Origin: Trueperaceae bacterium
Lineage (GTDB): Bacteria > Deinococcota > Deinococci > Deinococcales > Trueperaceae
Length of the DNA: 64,000 bases
Assembly (NCBI GenBank): GCA_034520945.1
Contig: JAXHNB010000002.1
Location: 288,001-352,000 of the forward strand
Reading direction: 5' to 3'
Shown here: positions 1 through 9,148 of the stretch, in pieces
How the letters are laid out: each line of letters starts with the position of its first letter
How positions within the stretch are numbered: the first letter of the stretch is position 1
The notes under the pieces: generated by a model
Databases searched by the model: none
What the model was told of the DNA's origin: nothing
What the model saw: the letters and a program-made list of their open reading frames with translations, nothing else
Program-made: the position numbers and the translations under genes

Positions 1-1344
1 GCCATCGTTCACGAACCGAGATGCTGCCCGTGAGGGACGTCGGTACTCGCCCAACGCCACCAACGCCTCGCCGAGCGCCACCACCGTCGCCTCGTCCGCC
101 TTCGTCTCCGTCGCGGCCCCGGACTCGGTGGGGGGCGCATCGGACATGTCCGGGGCCAGGGCGTCCCGGAGGGCGAACGACAGCACGCCCCGCGCCGCCG
201 TTTCGTCGCCCAGCTCGGCCAGCCAGCCGGCGGTGTCCAGTGCCGCGGGACGAACCTGCGCCAGGTCGTCCCGGTCGGGCAGCGCGGGATCGCCCCCCAG
301 CCGGAGGTCGAAGTAGCTTCCCTCCGGGATGCTGCGTTCGGCCTCCGCGCGCGCCTCATCATTCCCCAGCCGGCCCGCCAGGACGTAGGCGCGGTAGGCG
401 GCGTCGTCGGCGTAGGCGGAATCGCGCCCGGCGAGGTCGAGGTACACCTCGATCGCCGCGGCCTCCTTTTCCTTCTCCTCGAGCCAACCCGTCGCCAGCC
501 ACAGGTGGGTCGGCGCACCGGCGCGCAGCAGAAAGTCCACGCCCGCCTCGCGGTCGCCGCGCCGGTTGGCCACCAGCGCGCGGCCGTAGAGGGCACGGGG
601 TCCACCGAGCGCGGCGAAGGCGGCGTCGGCCGCGGCGAGGTCCTCCAGGTACCAGTGCGACCACGCCACGCCCTCCCGCGCGCCGCGGTGGCCCGGGACC
701 TGCGCCAGCCAGCGCCGGTACGCGTCCAGCGCCTCTTCGTACCGCCCCAACGCCCGGTACGCCGGCGCTTCGATCGACGGCGCGGACAGCTCCCCCAACG
801 CGTCCAGCGCCTCTTCGTCGAGGTCGGCCTGCAGGAACAGGTTCGCCAACTGATACGGATCGTCGCCCAGGCGCTTCAGTCCCTCGATCGCCTCCTGTTC
901 CGGCAGCGCCTCGCGGAAGGCGAGGGTGGCCCGCCGGGTCCGCCCCAGCGCTTCGGCCAACCGGGCCACCTCCACATGCAGCGCGCGACGCTCGGCGCGG
1001 TCGAGGGGGTCGTCGATGCGCAGGTCCAGCTCCCGTTCGTACGCCGCCAGCCTGAGCTCCGGGTCGGCGTCCTCCATGCGCGCCAGGTGACGCGCCGCCT
1101 GGTACGCGGCGTAATCATTGGCGCGCGTCAGCTCGGCCAGCGCCTCCACGTCGTCGTCCGCGGCGGCGTGGGCGTGCCGTACCAAGCGCGTGGCGCCGGG
1201 CGGGGCGGCGTCCGGCGCGACCTGGGCCAACGGCGGACGCTCGTCGTCGGCGCCAGGCATGACCGGCCTTGGCAGCTGCAGCGCCACGGCGAGTGCCAGG
1301 GCGCCGGCGAGAAGCGTGAGCAGGATCGAGCGGCGGCGCGTCAT
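1..1344 (-). CDS. Partial (3' end outside window) exported helical-repeat/TPR-like protein, probably the N-terminal part of a soluble lytic transglycosylase (Slt-like)
   Basis: Hand translation from ATG 1344 (MTRRRSILLTLLAGALALAVALQLP...) is open to the window edge and so is absent from the ORF track. It has a signal/anchor N-terminus, Ala/Leu-rich helical repeats and TAGGCT just upstream. The catalytic domain is not visible. Confidence 0.55.
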   Translation of the reverse strand, partial: MTRRRSILLTLLAGALALAVALQLPRPVMPGADDERPPLAQVAPDAAPPGATRLVRHAHAAADDDVEALAELTRANDYAAYQAARHLARMEDADPELRLAAYERELDLRIDDPLDRAERRALHVEVARLAEALGRTRRATLAFREALPEQEAIEGLKRLGDDPYQLANLFLQADLDEEALDALGELSAPSIEAPAYRALGRYEEALDAYRRWLAQVPGHRGAREGVAWSHWYLEDLAAADAAFAALGGPRALYGRALVANRRGDREAGVDFLLRAGAPTHLWLATGWLEEKEKEAAAIEVYLDLAGRDSAYADDAAYRAYVLAGRLGNDEARAEAERSIPEGSYFDLRLGGDPALPDRDDLAQVRPAALDTAGWLAELGDETAARGVLSFALRDALAPDMSDAPPTESGAATETKADEATVVALGEALVALGEYRRPSRAASRFVNDG

Positions 1345-1649
1345 GACCTGACAGCCTACGTCAGGTCGGCATGAAGCGGGTGAAGCAAACATGACGCGGC
1401 CGTTTCGTGGGTGCCGTGCGCGACAGCGCGCGCGCACGAATGCACCTATGCTTCTCCTGCGCTGCCGGGTGTCCATCGTCGGCACCCCTTCGCGGGATCG
1501 CCCGCGTTGGGAAGGTGGCCGTATGTCGTGCGCCGGGGCGGATCGTGCCGCGGGCGTGGCCGCACGCTCGAGCGAGCACGTCGTCCGTGATCGCATGCAC
1601 CGGTCCAAACCGGTGCCCACCGTTCGAACGAGTGGAAGTGGAGGAAGAC

Positions 1650-2603
1650 ATGAAGAGAACGTTCACCATCATCGCCCTGAGCGTGGCCATGGCCTTCGGC
1701 GCCAGCGCCTTCGCCCAGGCCCCCAACGCCGGAGACCCCATCGTGGTGGGCTCGAAGCAGTTCACCGAGCAGATCGTGCTGGGCAAGGTCATCGTGAATG
1801 CCCTGCGCGGCGCCGGCTACGAGGTCACCGACCGCACCAACCTCGGCGGCACCGCCGTCAACCGCGACGCCCTCGAGGCCGGCGAGATCGACGTGTACCC
1901 GAACTACACCGGCACGGCGATCAGCAACTGGTACCGCGACTACGAATGGGCCCAGGAGGCCATCGCCGAAGGCACGTCGGGGGACGCGTACGCGAGCTAC
2001 GCGACGGTCGCCTCGTACGATGCCGCCCTCTTCGACCTGGTGTGGCTGCGTCCCGCGCCGGCCAACAACACCTACGCGCTGGCCGTCACGAGCGCGTTCG
2101 CGGAAGAGAACGACGTCACCACCATGTACGACTTCGCCGACTACGTGAACGACGGCGGCGAGGTGGTGCTGTCGACGGGCGACGAGTTCGCCCAGCGTCC
2201 CGACGGCCTGCAGGCGTTCGAAGAGACGTACGGCTTCGACCTCAGCGAGGATCAGATGATCGTGATCGCGGGGGCCACGCCGGCGCAGACCGAGCAGGCG
2301 CTGGCCAGCGGTCAGAGCGGCGTCAACGTCGCGATGGCGTACGGGACCGACGGCGCGTTGATGGCGTACGACTTCGTGGTGCTCGAGGATCCGGACGGGG
2401 CGCAGCCGGTGTTCCAGCCGACCCCGGTGTTCCGCGGCGAGACCATCCGCGCGTACCCCGAGATCGCTGGGGTGCTGAATCCCATCTTCGCGCTGTTCGA
2501 CAACCGCACCCTCCAGGACCTCAACGCGAAGGTCGAGGTCGATGGCCTCAGTGCGGAAGAGGTCGCACGCACCTTCCTTCAGGAGAACGGCTTCATCGAC
2601 TGA
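1650..2603 (+). CDS. Glycine betaine/osmoprotectant ABC transporter substrate-binding protein (OsmF/OpuBC family)
   Basis: GGAGG RBS, signal peptide MKRTFTIIALSVAMAFGASAFAQ, motifs IVVGSKQFTEQ, GEIDVYPNYTGT and NNTYALAV. Confidence 0.9.
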   Translation: MKRTFTIIALSVAMAFGASAFAQAPNAGDPIVVGSKQFTEQIVLGKVIVNALRGAGYEVTDRTNLGGTAVNRDALEAGEIDVYPNYTGTAISNWYRDYEWAQEAIAEGTSGDAYASYATVASYDAALFDLVWLRPAPANNTYALAVTSAFAEENDVTTMYDFADYVNDGGEVVLSTGDEFAQRPDGLQAFEETYGFDLSEDQMIVIAGATPAQTEQALASGQSGVNVAMAYGTDGALMAYDFVVLEDPDGAQPVFQPTPVFRGETIRAYPEIAGVLNPIFALFDNRTLQDLNAKVEVDGLSAEEVARTFLQENGFID

Positions 2604-2616
2604 GCACGACGACGTG

Positions 2617-2648
2617 CGTGGCCCGGGTCCTCATCCGCCCGGGCCACG
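2617..2648 (+). other. Intercistronic stem-loop after the substrate-binding gene (mRNA stabiliser or partial terminator)
   Basis: CGTGGCCCGGG-N10-CCCGGGCCACG perfect 11-bp stem; no U-tract. Confidence 0.5.
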
Positions 2649-2731
2649 TGCCTTGGGGCCGCCGGCCCGCGCACGGAGCACGTTCGAGCAACGTCGTTCG
2701 GGCCTGATCGGCCCGGAGGAGGGGTATCGCT

Positions 2732-4366
2732 TTGAACCGCATCGCCATTCTGGGTGGGCTGATCGGGGGATTTGGGTTCTTCTTCCTTCCCATCCTCGCC
2801 CTCAAGCCGAACCGCTTGGCCCCCGGCACGCCGTTCAACCTGCTCGAGTTTCAGGGCGACGACCGCTATTTGATTCTTTTCGTATTGGCGCTTCTGCCCA
2901 TGGTCCTGGCGTTCCGCGAGGACGTGGGCAGCCGCGGTTGGATGTTGGTGGGCGTCGGCAACCTGGTCATGATCCTTACGCTGGTGTTGCCCGCCATGGC
3001 CGGCCAGGGGCTGCTCGCCGAGCCCGAGGCCTACCTGGGCGAGGGCGCGATGGTGCGCAATCCGCGCATCATGCCCTCAGGTGGGTTGGCCCTGGGTCTG
3101 GTCGGCGCGTACGTCGCGGTGTTCGCCGGGGTGCGGGACCTGACCCGGGCCGGCGTCGCCGGCTGGGTGCGCGGGATCGGCGCATGGATCGGGCCCGTGC
3201 TCGCGCTGATCCTGATGCTCAACGGCACCTTCGACGTGTACTCGATCCTGGTGGAGTTCTACGCCAACGGCGAGGCGCTGGAACAGAAGTTCATCGAGCA
3301 CCTGATGTTCGTCATCATCTCGCTGTTGGTCGGGTTCGTGGTCGGCGTCGGCTTGGGCCTGTGGGCGTCGCGGGAGGCGCGGTTGGCCCCGGTCATCCTG
3401 TACGCGGTCGGCATCATCCAGACCATCCCGTCGCTGGCGTTGTTCGGCGTGCTGTTGGTGCCGATGGCGCGGCTCGGCGATCAGGCGTTCCTGCCCACCC
3501 TCGCGTTTTTCGGCGCCAGCGCGGTGGTGGCCGTCCTGCTGGGCGGGGCCTACGTGCTGCTGGGGGGGCGCGAGCCGCCTCGGCTGCGCGTCTTGCACAT
3601 GCTGCTCGCCGCCTTGGCCGCCGCGGTGCCGCTGGCCCTGGCGACCGGCGTGCTGGTGACGTTCGTGTTCCGCCTGGCGAACGTCGGCTTCACCAGCGGC
3701 AACTACCCGGCCGCCGCCTCGTCCGTGGGCGTGTTGGCGCTGGTGGGGATCGTCCTGTGGGCGGTGGGGCGCTGGCTGCTCCGGCCCGACGCGCCGCTGC
3801 GCAGGTGGGTTCATCGGGCCACCGCGCTGGTGTTCGTAGGGGCGTTCGGGGCGCTGATGGTGCTGTTCGTGCAAGCGTCCGGGTCCAGCTCGCTGCTGGG
3901 CGGCGTGGCGTCCGTGCGGGAGTTGACGATCCGTGACCTCGGCGTCTCAGGCATCGGCGTCGCGCCCGCTCTGGTCGCGCTGACGCTGTACTCGCTGTTG
4001 CCGATGGTGCGCAACACCTATGCGGGCCTGAATAACGTCGACAACGCCATCATCGACTCCGGCCGCGGCATGGGCATGACACCCCGGCAGCGATTCTTCC
4101 AGATCGAGCTTCCGCTGGCGTTCCCGGTGATCATGGCGGGCGTCCGCAACGCGGGCGTAGCGCTGGTCGGCATCGGCACGGTGGCGACCGTGATCGGGGC
4201 GGGCGGCCTGGGCGACTTCGTGATTCAGGGGATCGTGAACACCTCGATCGACCAGATCCTGCTGGGGGCCGTGCCGGCGATCGCCCTGGCCCTGGTGCTC
4301 GATGCGGTGCTTCGTGGGATGGAAGGCATCCTGACCTCGCCCGGCATCAAGCAGGTGCAGAGCTGA
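2732..4366 (+). CDS. Osmoprotectant ABC permease (YehY-like) with extra membrane insertion
   Basis: TTG start after GGAGGAGG; IQTIPSLALFG and EAA-loop region DSGRGMGMT..IELPLAFPVIMAG. Confidence 0.85.
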   Translation: MNRIAILGGLIGGFGFFFLPILALKPNRLAPGTPFNLLEFQGDDRYLILFVLALLPMVLAFREDVGSRGWMLVGVGNLVMILTLVLPAMAGQGLLAEPEAYLGEGAMVRNPRIMPSGGLALGLVGAYVAVFAGVRDLTRAGVAGWVRGIGAWIGPVLALILMLNGTFDVYSILVEFYANGEALEQKFIEHLMFVIISLLVGFVVGVGLGLWASREARLAPVILYAVGIIQTIPSLALFGVLLVPMARLGDQAFLPTLAFFGASAVVAVLLGGAYVLLGGREPPRLRVLHMLLAALAAAVPLALATGVLVTFVFRLANVGFTSGNYPAAASSVGVLALVGIVLWAVGRWLLRPDAPLRRWVHRATALVFVGAFGALMVLFVQASGSSSLLGGVASVRELTIRDLGVSGIGVAPALVALTLYSLLPMVRNTYAGLNNVDNAIIDSGRGMGMTPRQRFFQIELPLAFPVIMAGVRNAGVALVGIGTVATVIGAGGLGDFVIQGIVNTSIDQILLGAVPAIALALVLDAVLRGMEGILTSPGIKQVQS

Positions 4367-4382
4367 TGCGAAAGGAGCAAGC

Positions 4383-5525
4383 GTGATCGAATTCCAGAAC
4401 GTCGTCAAGCGGTTCCCGGACGGGTTCGCCGCCGTGAACGACCTGAGCTTGACGGTGCACGATGGGGAGATCACCGTTCTGATCGGTCCGTCCGGCTGCG
4501 GCAAGACGACGTCGATGCGGTTGGTGAACCGGCTCCTATCCATCACCGAAGGCAAGATCATGGTCGAGGGGCGCGACAACCGAGACTTCCCCGCCGAAGA
4601 GTTACGCCGCAAGATCGGCTACGCGATTCAGCAGATCGGACTGTTTCCGCACTTCACGGTGTTCGAGAACATCGCGGTGGTGCCCCGCATGCTGGATTGG
4701 GACGAGGGCCGCATCCGCAAGCGCGTCGACGTACTCCTCGAACTGGTCGGCCTGGATCCCGACATCAACCGCGACAAGTACCCACGGCAGCTCTCGGGCG
4801 GGCAACAACAGCGCGTCGGCGTGGCGCGCGCGCTCGGCGCCGACCCGCCGATCATGTTGATGGACGAGCCGTTCGGCGCGATCGATCCGATCACCCGCGA
4901 AGTACTGCAGGAGGAGTTCCTGCAGATCCAGAAGGAGATCTCGAAGACGATCATCTTCGTGACGCACGACATCGATGAGGCCATCAAGATGGGGGACCGC
5001 ATCGCCATCCTGCGCGAGGGGCGCCTGATCCAGTACGACACGCCCGACAGCATCCTGGCCCACCCCAAGGACCGCTTCGTGCGTGACTTCGTCGGTGCGG
5101 ACCGGGCCCTCAAGCGCCTGGGCCTGGTGCAGGTGCGCGACCTCATGGACACGGATCTGATGCCGGTGGTGCGCATGCGCGACAGCGCCGAGGACGCGCG
5201 CCGCGTGATCAAGGACTACGGCGACCCCATTCGCAGCGCCTTCGTGGTCGACGAAGAGGGCGTGCTGAAGGGCTGGGTCGACCGTGACGCGCTGCGGCAG
5301 AGCCCCGACAGCCTGTTGGAGGCGATGATCGACGCGGATGCGCACGACATCGGGGTGCGCCCCAACAACACCGCCCGTGAGGCCCTGTCCGCGATGGTCG
5401 GGCGCGGGTTTCGCAATACGCCGGTGGTCGACAAGCACGGCAAGCTGGTCGGCAGCATCACGCTCCGGTCGCTGCAGGAACTCGCCGACCAGGACTGGTC
5501 GGACGAGGGGGCGGAGGCGTCGTGA
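4383..5525 (+). CDS. Osmoprotectant ABC ATPase with C-terminal CBS pair (OpuCA/YehX-like)
   Basis: GPSGCGKT, LSGGQQQRV, LMDEPFGAID and VTHD motifs; CBS-like C-terminus. Confidence 0.92.
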   Translation: MIEFQNVVKRFPDGFAAVNDLSLTVHDGEITVLIGPSGCGKTTSMRLVNRLLSITEGKIMVEGRDNRDFPAEELRRKIGYAIQQIGLFPHFTVFENIAVVPRMLDWDEGRIRKRVDVLLELVGLDPDINRDKYPRQLSGGQQQRVGVARALGADPPIMLMDEPFGAIDPITREVLQEEFLQIQKEISKTIIFVTHDIDEAIKMGDRIAILREGRLIQYDTPDSILAHPKDRFVRDFVGADRALKRLGLVQVRDLMDTDLMPVVRMRDSAEDARRVIKDYGDPIRSAFVVDEEGVLKGWVDRDALRQSPDSLLEAMIDADAHDIGVRPNNTAREALSAMVGRGFRNTPVVDKHGKLVGSITLRSLQELADQDWSDEGAEAS

Positions 5526-6631
5526 ACTGGCGGACCGTGCCGGGCCCCGCGGCCCTGGGATGGGCCCTCTTCGCCGTGATCCTGTTCGCCCTCGAACCGG
5601 CGGAGGTGCCGATCACCGACCCGCAGCTGCGCCAAGCGGTCGGCGAGCGCGCGTCGCTCACGCCGGACCTGTGGTTGCCGACCCTCGGGCTCAGCGATCG
5701 GACCGTGATCGACCTGGGCGCGACCAATGATTTGCGCGTGCTCGGCTTCGGGCTGTTCGATGCCGAGGTCGACCCCGAGACCGCGCTCGGCGAGGTCACG
5801 GGCAGCGCGTCGCTCGGGTGGTTCGTGGCGTTGATGGCGATCATCGAGGCGTTCCTGGCCTGGGCGTTCCGGCAACGCGACGAGAAGCTGGTGCGGCCCC
5901 TGGTGCGCGCCGCCGGCATCTTCATCGTGATCTGGTCGTTCTACGGGCACGAGCCGTTCTGGGACTGGATGCTCCGCGGGCTGTTCCCGAGGAGCCCGGA
6001 CCTGCTCTACAACTCGAACACCCTGATCAGCCTGGCGGGGCAGCACCTGGAGCTGGTGGTCTTCAGCTCCATCATCACCATCGCCATCGGGCTCACGCTC
6101 GGCATCACCGTCACGCGCGGTGCGTTCCGGGAGTTTCTGCCGTTGGTGAGCGACGTGGTCAACTCGGGCCAGACGGTGCCGACGCTCGCGATCGTGGCGA
6201 TCATGGCGCCGATCATCGGGTTCGGCTTCTGGCCGGCCGTCGTGGCGTTGATCCTGTACGGCCTGCTGCCGGTCGTGCGCAACACCATCGTCGGTCTCGA
6301 GGGCGTGGACCCCTCCATGATCGATGCGGCCAAGGGGATGGGAATGACCGGGTCGCAGATCCTGCTGCAGATCGAGATCCCCAGCGCGTCCAGCATCATC
6401 CTCGCCGGGGTGCGCACCAGCGTGGTGATCAACGTCGGCACGGCGGCGCTGGGCGCGTACGTGGGCTCCGGCGGTCTGGGCAATCCGATCGCGTCGGGCC
6501 TGAACCAGTCGATCGATCCCTGGGTCCTGCTGGGGGCGTTGGCGGCGGCGCTTCTGGCCATCTTGCTGGACTACGTGCTAGGCCGGGTCGAGTACGTGCT
6601 GACCCCGAAGGGGCTGCAGATCGAGGGGTAG
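5522..6631 (+). CDS. Osmoprotectant ABC permease (YehW-like)
   Basis: GQTVPTLA and DAAKGMGMT..IEIP motifs; GTGA overlap with the ATPase gene. Confidence 0.87.
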   Translation: MNWRTVPGPAALGWALFAVILFALEPAEVPITDPQLRQAVGERASLTPDLWLPTLGLSDRTVIDLGATNDLRVLGFGLFDAEVDPETALGEVTGSASLGWFVALMAIIEAFLAWAFRQRDEKLVRPLVRAAGIFIVIWSFYGHEPFWDWMLRGLFPRSPDLLYNSNTLISLAGQHLELVVFSSIITIAIGLTLGITVTRGAFREFLPLVSDVVNSGQTVPTLAIVAIMAPIIGFGFWPAVVALILYGLLPVVRNTIVGLEGVDPSMIDAAKGMGMTGSQILLQIEIPSASSIILAGVRTSVVINVGTAALGAYVGSGGLGNPIASGLNQSIDPWVLLGALAAALLAILLDYVLGRVEYVLTPKGLQIEG

Positions 6632-6660
6632 CGCGAACGCCCCCGTCCTGCGCAGTCTCG

Positions 6661-6669
6661 TGCTACGAT
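6661..6669 (+). promoter_or_regulatory. Candidate extended -10 promoter of gfh1
   Basis: TGcTACGAT about 90 nt upstream of the start codon. Confidence 0.45.
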
Positions 6670-6758
6670 TCTCCAAATTCGACGAACCGCGCGCTTGCCT
6701 CCGCCCAGGGGGCAAGCCGCTTCCATACGAACGACGCGGGTGAACCGAGGAGGTGCCC

Positions 6759-7226
6759 ATGGCACGGGAAGTGCGCGTGACCCAACAAGGCTACGAACGG
6801 CTCCAGAAAAGCCTGGAGCAGGAGCGCGGGCGGCTCGAGGAAGCCACCCGCATTCTGCGCGAGTTGTCGGGGACGTCGGACGACTACGACGACACCGGCC
6901 TGGAGGAGGCTAAGCGCGAGAAGGCCGTGATCGAAGAGCGCCTCGACGACCTCGAGGACCAGTTGTCGCGCGCGGTGGTGATCGAGGCGAAGGACGCCGA
7001 CCACGTCGATCTCGGCACGGTCGTCGAGTTGAAGGACGAGGACGGCGAGACCTTCGCGGTGCAGGTCGTGGCCCCGGTCGAGGCGGGGGTGCTGGAGGGC
7101 GAGGTGCCGAGCATCAGCGACCAGTCCCCGATGGGCAAGGCGTTGATGGGACGCAAGCCCGGCGACGAGGTCGAGGTGGTGACGGGCCAACGCGCGGCGC
7201 GCTACAAGGTCCTGTCGATCGGGTGA
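6759..7226 (+). CDS. gfh1: Gre-family secondary-channel factor, Gfh1 type
   Basis: MAREVRVT..GYERL, coiled-coil tip SDDYDDTGLE as in Thermus Gfh1 (GreA has GDLSENAEY), ISDQSPMGKALMG; AGGAGG RBS. Confidence 0.85.
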   Translation: MAREVRVTQQGYERLQKSLEQERGRLEEATRILRELSGTSDDYDDTGLEEAKREKAVIEERLDDLEDQLSRAVVIEAKDADHVDLGTVVELKDEDGETFAVQVVAPVEAGVLEGEVPSISDQSPMGKALMGRKPGDEVEVVTGQRAARYKVLSIG

Positions 7227-7269
7227 CGCGCGCCGGCCCGACCGGCCTCGAACCGATATCCTGAGCGCC

Positions 7270-8760
7270 ATGTCGCAGTCGTCGCTCGAGGAACAACGCC
7301 AGCAACGGCTCCGCAATCTGGACGCGCTCGTCCAGCGGGGCTTCGACGCGTACCCCTACGGGTTTCGCGCCACCCACCGGGCGGCCGAACTGCACGAGGC
7401 GCATCCCGACCCGACCCCGGGCGAGGCCTGGTCGGACGAGGTGGCGAGCGTCGCCGGTCGCGTCATGACCGTGCGGCGCATGGGCAAGGTGAGCTTCGCC
7501 ACTTTGCAGGACGCCAGCGGGCGGATCCAGGCCTACTTCCGCAGGGACGCGCTGGAGGATTATGGCGCGCTGAAGAAGATCGACCTGGGCGATTGGCTCG
7601 AGGTGCGCGGCACGCCGTTCGTCACCAAGACCGGCGAGTTGACCCTCGACGTGGCGGCGTTCCGCCCGCTGGTCAAGAGCCTTAGGCCGCTGCCCGACAA
7701 GTTCCACGGCTTGACCGACAAGGAGCGGCGCTACCGCGACCGTCACCTCGACCTGATGCTGGACCCGTCCGTGCGGCGCACCTTCGAGCTGCGCAGCCGC
7801 ATGGTGTCGGGGATGCGCCGCTACCTGGACGCACGCGGCTTCCTCGAGGTCGAGACCCCCGTGCTTCAGGCGCTGCCGGGCGGGGCCGAGGCGCGTCCGT
7901 TCGTGACCCACCACCGGGCATTGGATCACGACTTCTACCTCCGCATCAGCCTGGAGCTGTACCTCAAGCGGCTGATCATCGGCGGGTTCGACGCCGTGTA
8001 CGAGATCGGGCGCAACTTCCGTAACGAGGGGATCAGCCACAAGCACAACCCCGAGTACACGATGATGGAACTGTACTGGGCCGGCCGTGACTACCTGGAC
8101 GTGCTGGCGCTGGTCGAGGACATGTACGCCACGCTGGTCCGCGAGGCGACCGGCGGAACGGTCCTCACCTGGCAGGGCACGGAGCTGGACTTCACGCCGC
8201 CGTGGCCGCGCGTGGACTACACCGGGGAGCTGCGGGCGCGCAGCGGCATGGACGTCGACCCGCTGGACGAGGACGCCGTGCGGGCCTGGGTCGCGGCGCA
8301 CCATCCCGCCGCGGACGAGGGCGAGGGGCCGCTGGCGGAGCGGCCCCTCGCCGACATCTACGACAAGCTGTACGACGCGTACGTCGAACCGCACCTGGTC
8401 GGCCCGACCTTCGTGATGGATCACCCGCAGGCGATCAGTCCGTTGGCGAAGGCGCACCGCGACCGGCCTGGCCTGGTGGAGCGCTTCGAGCCGGTCGCGG
8501 TGGGCATGGAGCTGGGCAACGCGTTCAGCGAGCTCAACGACCCGGTCGAGCAGCGCAGGCGCTTCGAGGCGCAGGCCGGCCTGCGCGGCGAGGGGGACGA
8601 GGAGGCGCAACGCCTCGACGAGGCGTTCCTGGCTGCGCTGGAGTACGGCATGCCACCTACAGGCGGCCTGGGGTTGGGGATCGACCGCTTCGCGATGCTG
8701 CTGGCGGACGTGCCCAGCATTCGCGACGTGATCCTGTTCCCGTTGCTGCGCCCGTCGTAG
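7270..8760 (+). CDS. lysS: Lysine--tRNA ligase (class II)
   Basis: YLRISLELYLKRL, FRNEG..HNPEYTMME, YGMPPTGGLGLGIDR. Confidence 0.97.
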   Translation: MSQSSLEEQRQQRLRNLDALVQRGFDAYPYGFRATHRAAELHEAHPDPTPGEAWSDEVASVAGRVMTVRRMGKVSFATLQDASGRIQAYFRRDALEDYGALKKIDLGDWLEVRGTPFVTKTGELTLDVAAFRPLVKSLRPLPDKFHGLTDKERRYRDRHLDLMLDPSVRRTFELRSRMVSGMRRYLDARGFLEVETPVLQALPGGAEARPFVTHHRALDHDFYLRISLELYLKRLIIGGFDAVYEIGRNFRNEGISHKHNPEYTMMELYWAGRDYLDVLALVEDMYATLVREATGGTVLTWQGTELDFTPPWPRVDYTGELRARSGMDVDPLDEDAVRAWVAAHHPAADEGEGPLAERPLADIYDKLYDAYVEPHLVGPTFVMDHPQAISPLAKAHRDRPGLVERFEPVAVGMELGNAFSELNDPVEQRRRFEAQAGLRGEGDEEAQRLDEAFLAALEYGMPPTGGLGLGIDRFAMLLADVPSIRDVILFPLLRPS

Positions 8761-8775
8761 GCGGCCCCGAGAGGC

Positions 8776-9138
8776 TCAGGCCGGCGCCCGTTCGACCGGC
8801 GTCAACGCCTCGGCGTCCTCCTCGCCGGTCCGAATCCGGATGACGCGTTCGAGCGTTTGGACGAAAATCTTGCCGTCGCCGACGTCGCCGGTCTTGGCCG
8901 CGCGAACCACGGCGTCCAGGGCGGGCTGCACGTAGGCGTCGGTGACCGCGATTTCGATGCGGACCTTCTTGCGGAACTCGACCACGTAGGGACTGCCGCG
9001 ATAGGTGTCGCGCACGCCGCCCTGTCCGCCGTGACCGGCGGCGTGCGTCAGGGTGATGCCGCGAATGCCGGCGGAGAACAGCGCCTCCTTGACGGCCTGC
9101 AGGCGTTCGGGTCGGACGATGGCGATGATCAGCTTCAT
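8776..9138 (-). CDS. glnK: PII nitrogen regulatory protein
   Basis: MKLIIAIVRP, T-loop YRGSPY, TGDVGDGKIFV, IRIRTGE; directly downstream of amtB. Confidence 0.93.
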   Translation of the reverse strand: MKLIIAIVRPERLQAVKEALFSAGIRGITLTHAAGHGGQGGVRDTYRGSPYVVEFRKKVRIEIAVTDAYVQPALDAVVRAAKTGDVGDGKIFVQTLERVIRIRTGEEDAEALTPVERAPA

Positions 9139-9148
9139 GGCTTTCTCC

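Noticed and set aside
1345..1649. c-di-AMP (ydaO) riboswitch upstream of the osmoprotectant transporter
   Set aside because: I could not find the conserved ydaO motifs by eye.
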